Below are positions 24,524 to 33,870 of a DNA stretch of 34,086 nt, in pieces. Under the pieces are notes generated by a model. That model was not told the origin of the DNA and did not search any database. It saw only the letters and a list, made by a program, of their open reading frames with translations. Position numbers and translations under genes: made by a program. Every line of letters begins with the position of its first letter. Positions within the stretch are counted from its first letter, which is position 1. The DNA is from a virus (Duplodnaviria; Caudoviricetes), in IMG/VR virus record IMGVR_UViG_3300034523_000134, positions 1-34,086 of that record; one strand, 5' to 3'.

Positions 24524-26935
24524 ATGTCAGATCTGCGCGTCGCACTTCGTTTCCAGGCCCATGCGGGTAACAGTCGGCGCGAGATCGAGCAGATCAACCG
24601 TGACCTGCGCAAGGCTGGCAAGGAAGGCGCCAAGGCTCTGGCCGATGAAAGCTGGAAGGCGTCTTCTGCCATCACCAAGGTCGGACAGGTCGGGGCCAAC
24701 AGCTATAAAGTCATCCGTGCCGCAATGCGCGAAACCGCTACGGCTGGTTCCGGCACGCGCATCGAGGTCAGTAAGACAACAGCAGAACTCAAGGATATGG
24801 CCAGCGCCGCTCGCAAGGCAGCGCGTGACGCGAAAGCGGAGTTAATAATTACCGACCGGCAAGGCGTACAGCCTTTGCGTCAGAGCGTCGACAAGACAGA
24901 GGCGTCGTTCCGGCGCATGGCGCAGAACAGCGGCCGTAGTCTTCGAACGTTGAAAACCATCGCCATGGGGGTACGTCAGGAATTTGATCGAATCAAGGGC
25001 CTGGGCGGCAGTATGCAAGGGCAGTTGGCTGGGCTTGGTGTCGGAATTGGAGTGATAGCTGGTCTGAAATCCAATGCCAATTTGGAGCGTGTATTGATTC
25101 GCACCAAACAAACAGCGGGGATGACCAACGAACAAAAAGAAGAATGGCATACCGAGGGTTGGCGCATCGCCAAAACTTACGGGGCCAGTCGAGAAGACGT
25201 AGATACCGGATTCAATACGTTGATCGCATCTGGCGTTAAGTACGATGCGGCAAAGAAAACTGGGGATGCCATCGGCCAAGCTAATGCTATCACTGGTGCA
25301 AACCCGGCAGTTTTAGGCGACGCAGTTGTTGCTGCGTCTGCTGCGTTTAACATTGACTTGGATAAAGAAGGCGCAGCGCTTGACCTTCTCCAAAAAATGA
25401 CAGTCGCAGGAAGACTTGGTAATGCTGAGCTTGAAAACTTGTCAGGTTTGTTTCCAAAAATTGGAGGCGCCGCAGCGGCTGCGGGAATGTCAATTGAGCA
25501 AGCATTGGCATTCACCGAATCTTTATCCAAGGTGGAGTTACAACCCGAAAGACTCGGCACACTAGCTGAGTCGACGCTGCGAGTATTCAGCACTAAGCAA
25601 TATAGGGAGCAAGTTACCAAGCAAACCGGAGTCAAATTTTTCAATAAAGATAAAAGTTCACGTAACCCGGAAGAAGTTTTCAGCGAAATAAAGCGTAAGT
25701 ATGAAGCAATGAAAAATGATGAGCAGCGCGCCAAGTTTATGGGCATTGTATTCAAGGGCATGGACCAGGACACAGTGCGTGGCTGGCGGAGCATGCTAAC
25801 TGGCGACAGGCTGGACGACTTAAAGTCTGGTGCTAAGACGCTGGGTAACGCTGAACCTATTTACAGCAAAGACTTGAAGGAAAACACTGAAAGCACAAGT
25901 GGTACTGCCGCACGCATGAAGGCGACACTGGCCGAGGCCATCGACCGAATGGCAACCCCTCTGAATAAAGGGTTTGCCGATATGGGCACTTATCTGCTCG
26001 ATGACCTGAATCTATCCGGCGAGCAGATGCTGGCTGGTGGTGCTGCACTGGGAGTCGGCGGCTACTATGCCGGACGCGGTGCTAAAGCAGGCGCAGGTGC
26101 TTTGCTCAATAAGTTTATGGGCGGACCGGAGACTTTGAAAAACATCGCCGTAGGCAAGGTATTGGAAGAAGCCACTGGGGTTACATCGGTATTCGTCACC
26201 AACTGGCCTGCTGGTAGTGTTCTCGGTGGCGGCGGGCCAGATCTGCCAAACGGTTCTGGTCCGGAGAAGACCAAAGGTAAGCCTGGTGGATTTATCGCTC
26301 CGTGGTTGGCTCCGTTGGCGCTGGGTGCTAGTGCAACTCAATTAGGTGGAGACAGCGCAAGTACCGATGCAGGCAGGTTGCGTGATGCTCAACGCAGCAA
26401 GCTGCTGAACGATGACCAGCGTACCTACCAAACCTCTTTCTATCGCAACCGTTTGGCCCTGGCCGACAAGAACCCCGACCAGTCCCAGGACTGGCTTTCC
26501 ACAGAAGCCCAACGCTTGGCGCACCACGAAACCGGCCTGACGGCTGCGGGCCTGCCCGTCGACGGCGCCAACACCTGGGCGCAGGGGATCACCAATCGTG
26601 CCCTGGTTGCGGGTGCTGACACCTTCACCGCGCAACAACGCCTGCGGGACATGATGTCGCAATCAGGCACCGGTCAACCTTCCACCTGGTTGGCTTCCCA
26701 GGCGCAGCGTCTGGCTAACCCACTGTCGGGTGGCAACATGCCTGGGTTTCCTGGAATTGCCGGCAACGGTGCTGCACCAGGTGCAATCGGTGCCAATCCT
26801 GCCGCGCAAGCCGTCGAGGAGCGTCTCCGTTCCTTGCTTGCTCAGCCGCTGGTCATTGAAGTGCGCACTGACTCGAACATGATCCAGGCCGAGGTTGAAC
26901 GCCGAACCAATCTTCAGATGAGGCGCGGCGGATGA
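24524..26935 (+). CDS. Tail tape measure protein
   Basis: 803 aa, Ala/Gly-rich helical; central TMP core (AGRLGNAELENL); VFVTNWP motif; synteny. Confidence 0.92.
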   Translation: MSDLRVALRFQAHAGNSRREIEQINRDLRKAGKEGAKALADESWKASSAITKVGQVGANSYKVIRAAMRETATAGSGTRIEVSKTTAELKDMASAARKAARDAKAELIITDRQGVQPLRQSVDKTEASFRRMAQNSGRSLRTLKTIAMGVRQEFDRIKGLGGSMQGQLAGLGVGIGVIAGLKSNANLERVLIRTKQTAGMTNEQKEEWHTEGWRIAKTYGASREDVDTGFNTLIASGVKYDAAKKTGDAIGQANAITGANPAVLGDAVVAASAAFNIDLDKEGAALDLLQKMTVAGRLGNAELENLSGLFPKIGGAAAAAGMSIEQALAFTESLSKVELQPERLGTLAESTLRVFSTKQYREQVTKQTGVKFFNKDKSSRNPEEVFSEIKRKYEAMKNDEQRAKFMGIVFKGMDQDTVRGWRSMLTGDRLDDLKSGAKTLGNAEPIYSKDLKENTESTSGTAARMKATLAEAIDRMATPLNKGFADMGTYLLDDLNLSGEQMLAGGAALGVGGYYAGRGAKAGAGALLNKFMGGPETLKNIAVGKVLEEATGVTSVFVTNWPAGSVLGGGGPDLPNGSGPEKTKGKPGGFIAPWLAPLALGASATQLGGDSASTDAGRLRDAQRSKLLNDDQRTYQTSFYRNRLALADKNPDQSQDWLSTEAQRLAHHETGLTAAGLPVDGANTWAQGITNRALVAGADTFTAQQRLRDMMSQSGTGQPSTWLASQAQRLANPLSGGNMPGFPGIAGNGAAPGAIGANPAAQAVEERLRSLLAQPLVIEVRTDSNMIQAEVERRTNLQMRRGG

Positions 26936-28302
26936 GCTGGGCAGAGAACCTGCTGGACGCCTCTTTCCGTGGCGTCCCGCTCCAGGTCGAAAGCGAAAGC
27001 CTGCAATGGCAGCGCGCTTTGTCTGAACATGGAACGCCTTTCAAGGATGGTGACCGTGTCAAAGACCTGGGCCGTGGTGCCCGGCGCATTCCGATGCAGG
27101 TGGTGGTGTTCGGCGTCAACTATGAAATCGAACTCCAGAACATTCTCCGTACCCTGAATACACCAGGTACAGGCGAACTGATCCACCCGATCTACGGCAG
27201 CATGAACGTCGTCAGTAGTACCGGCGAGGCCAAGCACCACGCCGAGCGGCCGGACTATGCCGAGATCAGCGTCGTGTTTGTGGAGGACACGCCCGACGCA
27301 CCATTCTTTGAGCGGCAGTTTGAGTTCGTCGATATCGGCGTATTGGGGCTGGAAGATGAATACACCTGGCAGGACGGCATCTTTGATCTGTTCGGCCGCA
27401 TTGACTCCCTGGTCGGCGAGATTCAATCGTGGATCGGCGGGGGCTGGGTCGGCCTGCTCGAAAAGGCCTTGGGCCTGCCGGGTATTGGCCTGCGCCTGCA
27501 ACAACTGCGTTCGCAGATTCTCGGCGTGGTGTCCGGCGTTGGGTCGATGGCTAAGCGACCGTCAGGGGCGTTTGATCCCTTGATCGACCTGATGCGTACA
27601 CCCTCTGAGATTCGAAGCGCCATCCAGGGCAGCACGCCCAGCTCGTCGACGGCGCTGCTCGCTCGTACTGGCGTGCCCGCCACCTTGCCGGGCAATGCGA
27701 GCCTGACGGCAGACGCTGCACGTGCAGGCGCGGGCTTTTTGATCGGTGCGCGCCAGGGCGTGGCCCCTACCGTCGGCCCGCTGATTGAGGGCGCACCGAC
27801 TATTCCTGGTACCGTCCTGGTGCTGCTGCCCGATGGAATGCCGGACGATCCGGTGATCGCTAACGGTTTCGCCCTGGTCGTCCTGGTCATTACCGAACTG
27901 GCGCTGGCTCACGCGCAGACGGTGGCTACCGTCATCGAGGACGAAGCCGACACGCCGACCTTGAGTCCGTTGGAGTTGGAGGGCCTGGTTAACCTGGTGC
28001 GGTCCCTGGTGCAGTCGTCCATCTTGCTGCAACGTCACCTCTACGACGTGGAAACCGCCCGGCCGATCATTGAGGCGTTACGCAACGTCGCCGCATTGAT
28101 TCAGGCCCGTGCCCGCCAGGTCATCTTGCAAAGTCCGCCAATGCTGGAGCGCGTGGTTGAAACCCCGGCAAGCCTGCGCCTTTTGGCTCACCGCTGGTAT
28201 GGCGATCATACCCGCGCTGTCGAGCTGATCCGCCTGAATCCCGACCTGAAAACCCCGTACAACATTCAAGCCGGTGAGGTGCTACGTGCCTACGCCAAGT
28301 AA
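26932..28302 (+). CDS. DNA circularisation protein (Mu gpN-like)
   Basis: LLDASFRGVP, DLGR, GELIHPIYG; C-terminal LAHRWYGD..LIRLNP. Confidence 0.9.
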   Translation: MSWAENLLDASFRGVPLQVESESLQWQRALSEHGTPFKDGDRVKDLGRGARRIPMQVVVFGVNYEIELQNILRTLNTPGTGELIHPIYGSMNVVSSTGEAKHHAERPDYAEISVVFVEDTPDAPFFERQFEFVDIGVLGLEDEYTWQDGIFDLFGRIDSLVGEIQSWIGGGWVGLLEKALGLPGIGLRLQQLRSQILGVVSGVGSMAKRPSGAFDPLIDLMRTPSEIRSAIQGSTPSSSTALLARTGVPATLPGNASLTADAARAGAGFLIGARQGVAPTVGPLIEGAPTIPGTVLVLLPDGMPDDPVIANGFALVVLVITELALAHAQTVATVIEDEADTPTLSPLELEGLVNLVRSLVQSSILLQRHLYDVETARPIIEALRNVAALIQARARQVILQSPPMLERVVETPASLRLLAHRWYGDHTRAVELIRLNPDLKTPYNIQAGEVLRAYAK

Positions 28303-29425
28303 CGTCATAGACGAATCCATACGCCTTTCCATTGGTGGCCTGGCGCATGAAGAATGGGACGGCTGGTCAGTTGAGTCGGACCTGCTGACCGCCGCTGATG
28401 GTTTCGAACTGGAGCTGTACACCAAGGACGCCACCGGCTTGCCCAGTGTGCTGGCCGAGGGCGCGCCGTGCTCGCTGACCTTGGGTAAGGATCGCGTCTT
28501 GACCGGCCAGGTCGACGAGTTCGAACATGACATCTCTCGTCAGGGTATCTCTATGCGCATCACCGGCCGGGACCGTGCGGCACCCCTGGTCGACTGTTCC
28601 GCGCCGTTCGTTTCGATGCGGGAAGCCACGTTGGCGCAGATCTTGGATCAGGTCGTAAAACCGCTGGGCATCACTCAAATAGAAATCCGCGCTGCTCAGG
28701 CCAAGACCAGGCGCCGTGTGCAGGTCGAGCCAGGTCAAAGCGCATGGGAGGCATTGCTCCAGGTCGCCGAGGCCAACGGCCTGTGGCCGTGGGTCGAGCC
28801 TGATGGCCGACTGATCATTGGCGGGCCGGACTACAACGCCGCGCCAGTGGGCACGCTGATCATGCGGGAAGACGGCGTCGGCAATAACGTGCAGCGCCTC
28901 AGCGTGCGGCGCTCTATCGCCAACCGCTACAGCCAGATCACAGTCTTGGGCCAGCACGGCCAGTACGACAATGACGGCCTGGACAGCAAGCGCGCCCACC
29001 TGCGTTCGGTCATCCAGGACGAAACTCTAGCCCGTCGCGGGATCTTCCGGCCGAAGGTGATTATCGACAGCTCCAGCGAGAACCAGGACATGGCTACCAC
29101 CCGTGCCCGCAAACTTCTGGCCGATAGTCGTCTGGAGGGTTTCGAGATCCGCGCTGTAGTGATGGGCCACCGTGCTGATAACGGTCAGGTCTGGAGTCCT
29201 GGTCAGCGCGTAATCGTTCGTAGCGAGCCCCATGGGCTGGACGCAACGTATTTCCTGATGGCTCGCACCTTACGCCTGACCCGTGGCGAGGGGCCTATCA
29301 CTGAGCTGCGATTGCGCGAAGACAAGATGTGGGTGCTAGACAGCAACCCCACCAAAAAGCGCAAGGGCAAGAGTAAGAAAGGTAACCCCGACGCGGCATT
29401 AATCGAAATTATCAAGGGGGCATGA
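28286..29425 (+). CDS. Baseplate hub protein (Mu gpP/gp44)
   Basis: ITGRDRAAPLVDCS, EPGQSAW, RYSQITVLGQ; GTG 28286 after GAGGT chosen as start. Confidence 0.9.
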   Translation: MPTPSNVIDESIRLSIGGLAHEEWDGWSVESDLLTAADGFELELYTKDATGLPSVLAEGAPCSLTLGKDRVLTGQVDEFEHDISRQGISMRITGRDRAAPLVDCSAPFVSMREATLAQILDQVVKPLGITQIEIRAAQAKTRRRVQVEPGQSAWEALLQVAEANGLWPWVEPDGRLIIGGPDYNAAPVGTLIMREDGVGNNVQRLSVRRSIANRYSQITVLGQHGQYDNDGLDSKRAHLRSVIQDETLARRGIFRPKVIIDSSSENQDMATTRARKLLADSRLEGFEIRAVVMGHRADNGQVWSPGQRVIVRSEPHGLDATYFLMARTLRLTRGEGPITELRLREDKMWVLDSNPTKKRKGKSKKGNPDAALIEIIKGA

Positions 29426-29967
29426 TGAGCAATATGGCGCGCCTGGTGCGAGATCAGGTCAGTCGGGTGATGAGCAACGTTCGCCAGGCTTTTCGGGGTA
29501 CGGCGGCACGTAATACCCATGGCACGTTGATTGGCATTGAAATGGAAGGGCTTGCGGGTGAGTCCGTTTCAGGGGAGCTGATGCAGCACTATGGATTCAG
29601 TTCGGCGCCGTTGCCTGGTGCTGAGTTTATCGCGATCCCTGTAGGCGGTAACAGCAAGCACACGGTTGTCGTAGCAAGTGAGGATGGGCGTTATCGGATC
29701 GTGGTCAAGGATGGCGAGGTGGCCTTGTATACCGATGAAGGTGACTACATCCACATGAAGCGCGGCCGGTTGATTGAGATTGAAACCGACACTTTGGTGG
29801 TGAAGGCCAAGACCAAGGTGCGTTTTGAAACGCCCCTGGTCGAAATGAGCGAGGATGTTAAAGCAGCGGGAGATATCGCGGACCATACCCGGACTATGCA
29901 GGCAGATCGGCTTATCTATAACGGGCATAACCACGGGGGCGGTCCAGTACCAGGTCAACAGCAGTAA
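29422..29967 (+). CDS. Baseplate spike (Mu gp45 / gpV-like)
   Basis: QHYGFSSAP, GEVALY..EG and C-terminal HNH metal-binding motif. Confidence 0.9.
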   Translation: MMSNMARLVRDQVSRVMSNVRQAFRGTAARNTHGTLIGIEMEGLAGESVSGELMQHYGFSSAPLPGAEFIAIPVGGNSKHTVVVASEDGRYRIVVKDGEVALYTDEGDYIHMKRGRLIEIETDTLVVKAKTKVRFETPLVEMSEDVKAAGDIADHTRTMQADRLIYNGHNHGGGPVPGQQQ

Positions 29968-29984
29968 GCCGAAAGCCCCCAGGG

Positions 29985-30009
29985 AAATTCTTAAACCCCG
30001 CTGATACTC
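29985..30009 (+). promoter_or_regulatory. Late-promoter box 3 (before gp46)
   Basis: AAATTCTTAAACCCCGCTGATACTC in the 76-bp gap after gp45. Confidence 0.8.
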
Positions 30010-30043
30010 GGCGTCTTTTGCGAGCACGTCACTATGCCAGCCT

Positions 30044-30394
30044 ATGGACGCAGGCATAAACCCAACTACTGGCGACTTGACGGGCCAGCGTATCTATACG
30101 CTGGGCAACGCCGTTTACATCCGCCTCATGACACCCCTCGGCACCTGGTGGAAAGACACCACCGTGGGCTCCCGCCTGCACGAACTGAAACGCTCTAAAG
30201 ACCTGCCACGGGTCGGCAAGCTCGCCAAGCAGTACGCCGAACAGGCACTCCAGCCGCTGCTCGATGACGGCCGCGCCCAGAGCATCACCATCATCGTCGA
30301 ACAGTCCCACAACGGCTGGCTCAACCTGCAAATTGACATCACCGACGCCACCGGCAATCCGCAGGTGTTTCGCCAACCTGTAAGGGTGAACTGA
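30044..30394 (+). CDS. Baseplate wedge protein (Mu gp46)
   Basis: GTWW..GSRLHEL.RSK..AKQYAEQALQPLLDDG. Confidence 0.9.
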   Translation: MDAGINPTTGDLTGQRIYTLGNAVYIRLMTPLGTWWKDTTVGSRLHELKRSKDLPRVGKLAKQYAEQALQPLLDDGRAQSITIIVEQSHNGWLNLQIDITDATGNPQVFRQPVRVN

Positions 30395-30395
30395 T

Positions 30396-31466
30396 ATGGC
30401 TTTTACCGCTCCCGCCCTCGACACAATATTGCAGGGCATCCTCCGTGATATTCGCAACCTTCAGGCCGAAGCTGATATTGGTCCGGACAGCGACAACTAT
30501 GTTCGGTCAGCCGCTGTGGCGTCGGCCATTGAAGGGTTGTATCAGAAGCTCGCCTGGCTCTACCGCCAAATCTTCCCTGACACGGCCGATGAGGAAGAGC
30601 TTCTTCATGCGGCCGGACTCAGAGGCGTTTTGCGAAAAGACGCTGTTGCTGCCACCGGCACTGTTGCATTGAAGGGCGCGCCGGGTGTCGAGTTGTTAGT
30701 GGGCGCGACCATGAGGCACGTTGTCACGGGCGAACAGTTCAATGCCAAAGCCGGCGCGAAACTTAGTGCCAGTGGCACCGCTTCGGTTTTGGTTGAAGCG
30801 CAGACAGTTGGCCTGGCAGTCAACAATCTTACCGGGGGCCTGATTCTTACCAGCCCGCCCTTGGGCATGGATTCGGCGGCGACATTCATCGGTAAAACTG
30901 CGGGCGGCGATGATCAAGAGGCAGTCGAATCTCTGCTGGCTCGCTTTTTAGACATCATCCAAACGCCTCCGGCCGGAGGTGCTGCTTACGACTTTCGTCG
31001 TTGGGCTCTGGAGGTTGAGGGCGTTTCCGAAGCGCTTGTGATCCCCCGGCGCCGAGGCGGCGGAACTGTTGATGTGGTTATCACAGCAAGTACGGGACTA
31101 CCTTCGGCGGAAGTCATCGCCGCCTGTTTGGCGCACTTACAGGAACAATGCTCGGTCATCGCTGATGTCTGGGTATACGCCCCTACCATTCGTACCGTTA
31201 ACGCTGCCGCGGATATTGAGTTAGCGCCCGAGTACTCCATGGCCGATGTCCAAGCGGCGGCGCAAAAAGCCTACACGATGCTTCTCAACGCATTGAAACC
31301 GGGCGATACGCTCAAGCGTTCGCAGATTGAGGCAATGATAAACAACTTGGCCGGAGTTCTGGATCGCGTCGTAATTGCTCCAGCTGGCAACGTCAACGCA
31401 TCAGATAATTCAGCGCTCATCGGCTGGATTCGCCCCGGCACCATCACGTTGGGATTGATGGCATGA
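30396..31466 (+). CDS. Baseplate J-like protein (Mu gp47)
   Basis: QIFPDTAD, PPAGGAAYDFRRWALEV.GV and G.GTVDV. Confidence 0.92.
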   Translation: MAFTAPALDTILQGILRDIRNLQAEADIGPDSDNYVRSAAVASAIEGLYQKLAWLYRQIFPDTADEEELLHAAGLRGVLRKDAVAATGTVALKGAPGVELLVGATMRHVVTGEQFNAKAGAKLSASGTASVLVEAQTVGLAVNNLTGGLILTSPPLGMDSAATFIGKTAGGDDQEAVESLLARFLDIIQTPPAGGAAYDFRRWALEVEGVSEALVIPRRRGGGTVDVVITASTGLPSAEVIAACLAHLQEQCSVIADVWVYAPTIRTVNAAADIELAPEYSMADVQAAAQKAYTMLLNALKPGDTLKRSQIEAMINNLAGVLDRVVIAPAGNVNASDNSALIGWIRPGTITLGLMA

Positions 31467-32038
31467 CGACGCTCGCCGACCAGCTTCGGTTATTACTCCC
31501 TCCGGTTTCCTACGATGGGACTGCGCCCTATCTGTCAGCAACTATTGAAGCCGAAGCAAACGCCATGATTCTGGCGGAAGAACAGGCCAATTCAATTTAC
31601 AACGCGATTTTTCCCGATACTGGAGAAGGATTGTCCGATTGGGAGCGTGTATTGGCGCTTCCAGATTCATGCTTAATCGATCAGTCGCAAACAGTAGGGC
31701 AGCGAGTTCAGGCGGTTGTAAGCAAGCTGCAAGGTCGTGCGGGCCAGAGCAAGGCTTTCTTTATCGCTTTGGCAAAGTCCATGGGCTATGACATTACGAT
31801 CACAACGTTCAGGCCTGCCAACGCTGGTATGGCGCGTGCTGGCGATTCCCTCAACGGAGGGGATTGGAATTTCGCTTGGCGTATCAACGCACCGGCTGTG
31901 ACCACCAGCAGTGCCAGGGCTGGAACCGCGAGCGCGGGCGACCCCTTGACGGCATGGGGCAATAAGGCCCTTGAGTGTCGGCTTAACCAACTGAAACCCG
32001 CCGAATCTATTTTGCTGTTCGGTTATGGAGACAATTAA
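31463..32038 (+). CDS. Baseplate protein (Mu gp48 / YmfQ, DUF2313)
   Basis: LLPP, LSDWERVLALP and LECRLNQLKPA. Confidence 0.9.
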   Translation: MTTLADQLRLLLPPVSYDGTAPYLSATIEAEANAMILAEEQANSIYNAIFPDTGEGLSDWERVLALPDSCLIDQSQTVGQRVQAVVSKLQGRAGQSKAFFIALAKSMGYDITITTFRPANAGMARAGDSLNGGDWNFAWRINAPAVTTSSARAGTASAGDPLTAWGNKALECRLNQLKPAESILLFGYGDN

Positions 32039-33171
32039 TGCAAAAGATCAGCGACAGCACTAATACAGCAAACGCGTCCGGTGAATACACCGAAGGCAAT
32101 CCGGCAGCAGGTGTCGCCGCCACCCGGATCACGGCTCGTTGGCTCAATACGATTCAGCGCGAGCTGACTAACTTGATCAACGGGTCAGGTGCAGCGTTAA
32201 ATGTAGCCGACGACGGCCAAGTAGTGAAAGCTGTTACCGCCCTGGCAGGTAAAGCAGCGGAATTCCCAAACATAACAAAAAAGCCGACAACCTTGGCTGG
32301 GTACGGTATTACCGATGGTTATACCAAAGCGGAAATTGATCAGTCTTTTGCGCCTGTTGCATATCGTGCAACAACTCTGGCGGGGTACGGCATCACTGAT
32401 GCCTATACCAAAACTGAGGCTGGTCAGTCCTTTGCGAGCAAATCCACGACCCTAGCAGGCTATGGCATCACTGATGCTTACACCAAAACCGAGGCTGGTC
32501 AGTCCTTTGCGAGCAAATCCACGACCCTAGCAGGCTATGGCATCACTGATGCTTACACCAAAACCGAGGCTGGTCAGTCCTTTGCGAGCAAATCCACGAC
32601 CCTAGCAGGCTATGGCATCACTGATGCCTATACCAAAACTGAGGCTGGGCAGTCATTCGCTAGCAAGTCCACAACGCTTTCCGGCTACGGCATCGGTGAC
32701 GCCTATACGCAAGCGCAGGTAAATGCGCTTTTAGACGGTAAAGCGGCCAAGGGTGCGGCTACAGAAAATTTCGCTGGCACTGCGGCGATTGCAACTCAAG
32801 CCCAGACCAATAACGGAACTGATAATGCAACAATCGTCACCCCGCGCAAGCTGCGTGCGGGCTTTCTCTACAGCTTCACTGAGAACGGTTTTATTGCACT
32901 TCCCACATGGCTCTTCGGTCTGATCATTCAATGGGGAAGAACGGCTGTTCTCGCCGATGGTTCTTCAACCAACGTGTCCCTTCCTTTTACGTTCCCATCC
33001 GCAACGTTGCAAATGTGGACATCGCTTTACGGTAGCGTTTCTGGCGACTCCGCCGCATGCCGCGTATCGGCGGGACAATTTCTGAGTTTGTCGCAGATCA
33101 ATGTTTCATATAACGAAACCAACGCGGCTCTCGGCGGCTCTGCTGTTGCTTGGCTTTGCGTCGGGTTCTAA
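32038..33171 (+). CDS. Tail fibre protein with TTLAGYGITD repeats and gp53-like C-terminal domain
   Basis: N-terminal YTEGNP..WLNTIQREL anchor; 25-aa repeats; NGFIALP..GLIIQWG tip. Confidence 0.9.
   Translation: MQKISDSTNTANASGEYTEGNPAAGVAATRITARWLNTIQRELTNLINGSGAALNVADDGQVVKAVTALAGKAAEFPNITKKPTTLAGYGITDGYTKAEIDQSFAPVAYRATTLAGYGITDAYTKTEAGQSFASKSTTLAGYGITDAYTKTEAGQSFASKSTTLAGYGITDAYTKTEAGQSFASKSTTLAGYGITDAYTKTEAGQSFASKSTTLSGYGIGDAYTQAQVNALLDGKAAKGAATENFAGTAAIATQAQTNNGTDNATIVTPRKLRAGFLYSFTENGFIALPTWLFGLIIQWGRTAVLADGSSTNVSLPFTFPSATLQMWTSLYGSVSGDSAACRVSAGQFLSLSQINVSYNETNAALGGSAVAWLCVGF
32287..32715 (+). repeat. In-frame 75-bp tandem repeat in tail fibre
   Basis: Units start at 32287 (84 bp, diverged), 32371, 32446, 32521, 32596 and 32671 (partial); units at 32446 and 32521 are identical. 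Confidence 0.95.
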
Positions 33172-33184
33172 CAGGAAAAATGCC

Positions 33185-33604
33185 ATGAAATATTTTTACA
33201 GCGGAACCACCAACGGCGCCTATATAGACGCCCTGAGCCCCTCTATCCCTGAGGACGCCGTCGAGATCAGCAAAGAGCTGTACAACGAGCTTTTCACGAC
33301 GACTATCGACGGTACGGTCGGTCCTGGAGCGGACGGGTTACCTGTCCTTATACCTAGTGTCGGTCCGACAGATGAGGAGCTAGCGCTTAGGCGTCGTGAC
33401 AGACTGCTGAGCGTTGCAACGGCAAGAATGGCCCCGCTACAGGATGCCGTTGACATTGGAGAGGCTACGACTGATGAAGACGCCGAGTTAACAGCGTGGA
33501 AGCGCTACCGCATGCTTCTAAACCGGATTCAGCAGCAGGATGGCTTCCCGCAAAACATTGACTGGCCTGCTGTGCCAAACGAACTGCAAAATTCCGACGG
33601 TTGA
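33185..33604 (+). CDS. Tail fibre assembly chaperone
   Basis: APLQDAVDIGEAT..L.AWKRYR..LNR..IDWP; ATG 33185 after AGGA. Confidence 0.9.
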   Translation: MKYFYSGTTNGAYIDALSPSIPEDAVEISKELYNELFTTTIDGTVGPGADGLPVLIPSVGPTDEELALRRRDRLLSVATARMAPLQDAVDIGEATTDEDAELTAWKRYRMLLNRIQQQDGFPQNIDWPAVPNELQNSDG

Positions 33605-33664
33605 GGCTCCTCCTGCGGTGCCAATTTTTGCGCTAAGCGGTGCCAAATCCGGCGCTCGCTTACA
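33569..33664. promoter_or_regulatory. Right end (attR) with tandem transposase-binding sites
   Basis: GCGGTGCCAATTTTTGCGCTAA (33615-33636) and GCGGTGCCAAATCCGGCGCTCG (33637-33658) at a 22-bp period; third GCTGTGCCAAA at 33569. Confidence 0.78.
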
Positions 33665-33669
33665 TCTTG
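33665..33669 (+). repeat. Right 5-bp target-site duplication TCTTG
   Basis: Immediately follows terminal ACA and matches 236-240. Confidence 0.88.
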
Positions 33670-33783
33670 CTCTTGCTCTTGCTCTTGCTTTGCTTTTGAT
33701 CTCAGGCGCCCCGTTAACCACGCTGGCCGGAATTCGGCATTGATTTGGGGGGTAAGCCGGCAGGGATGCCGGCTTAGCCGCCG
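33670..33783. repeat. Remainder of host intergenic repeat interrupted by the prophage
   Basis: (CTCTTG)n-GCTTTTGATCT tract continues the left flank (216-240); 10-bp hairpin TAAGCCGGCA-GGGA-TGCCGGCTTA at 33753-33776. Confidence 0.65.
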
Positions 33784-33848
33784 TGAACGCAGCAACGGAT
33801 ATGTACTCGGTTTGACCCAACTTCCTGGTCGGCTGTCAGGCCGCCATC

Positions 33849-33870
33849 GGGGGCAAGCCCCCTCCCACAG
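33849..33870 (-). repeat. Pseudomonas REP sequence
   Basis: Reverse complement reads CTGTGGGAGGGGGCTTGCCCCC, a GTGG-type REP palindrome. Confidence 0.8.

Larger units (their letters stand above)
241..33664 (+). mobile_element. Complete Mu-like transposable prophage (contractile tail)
   Basis: Starts TGT (241), ends ACA (33664), flanked by TCTTG on both sides. Carries MuA/MuB and a full Mu-syntenic head-tail gene set with no obvious disrupted ORF. Confidence 0.96.

Noticed and set aside
32371-32700. 75-bp repeats as CRISPR or DGR template/variable repeats
   Set aside because: Contiguous in-frame coding repeats with synonymous differences, no adenine-specific pattern and no reverse transcriptase in the window.
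33518-33820. ORFs with ARARAR, QEQEQE or LALALA tracts
   Set aside because: Translations of the (CTCTTG)n microsatellite spanning the right junction.
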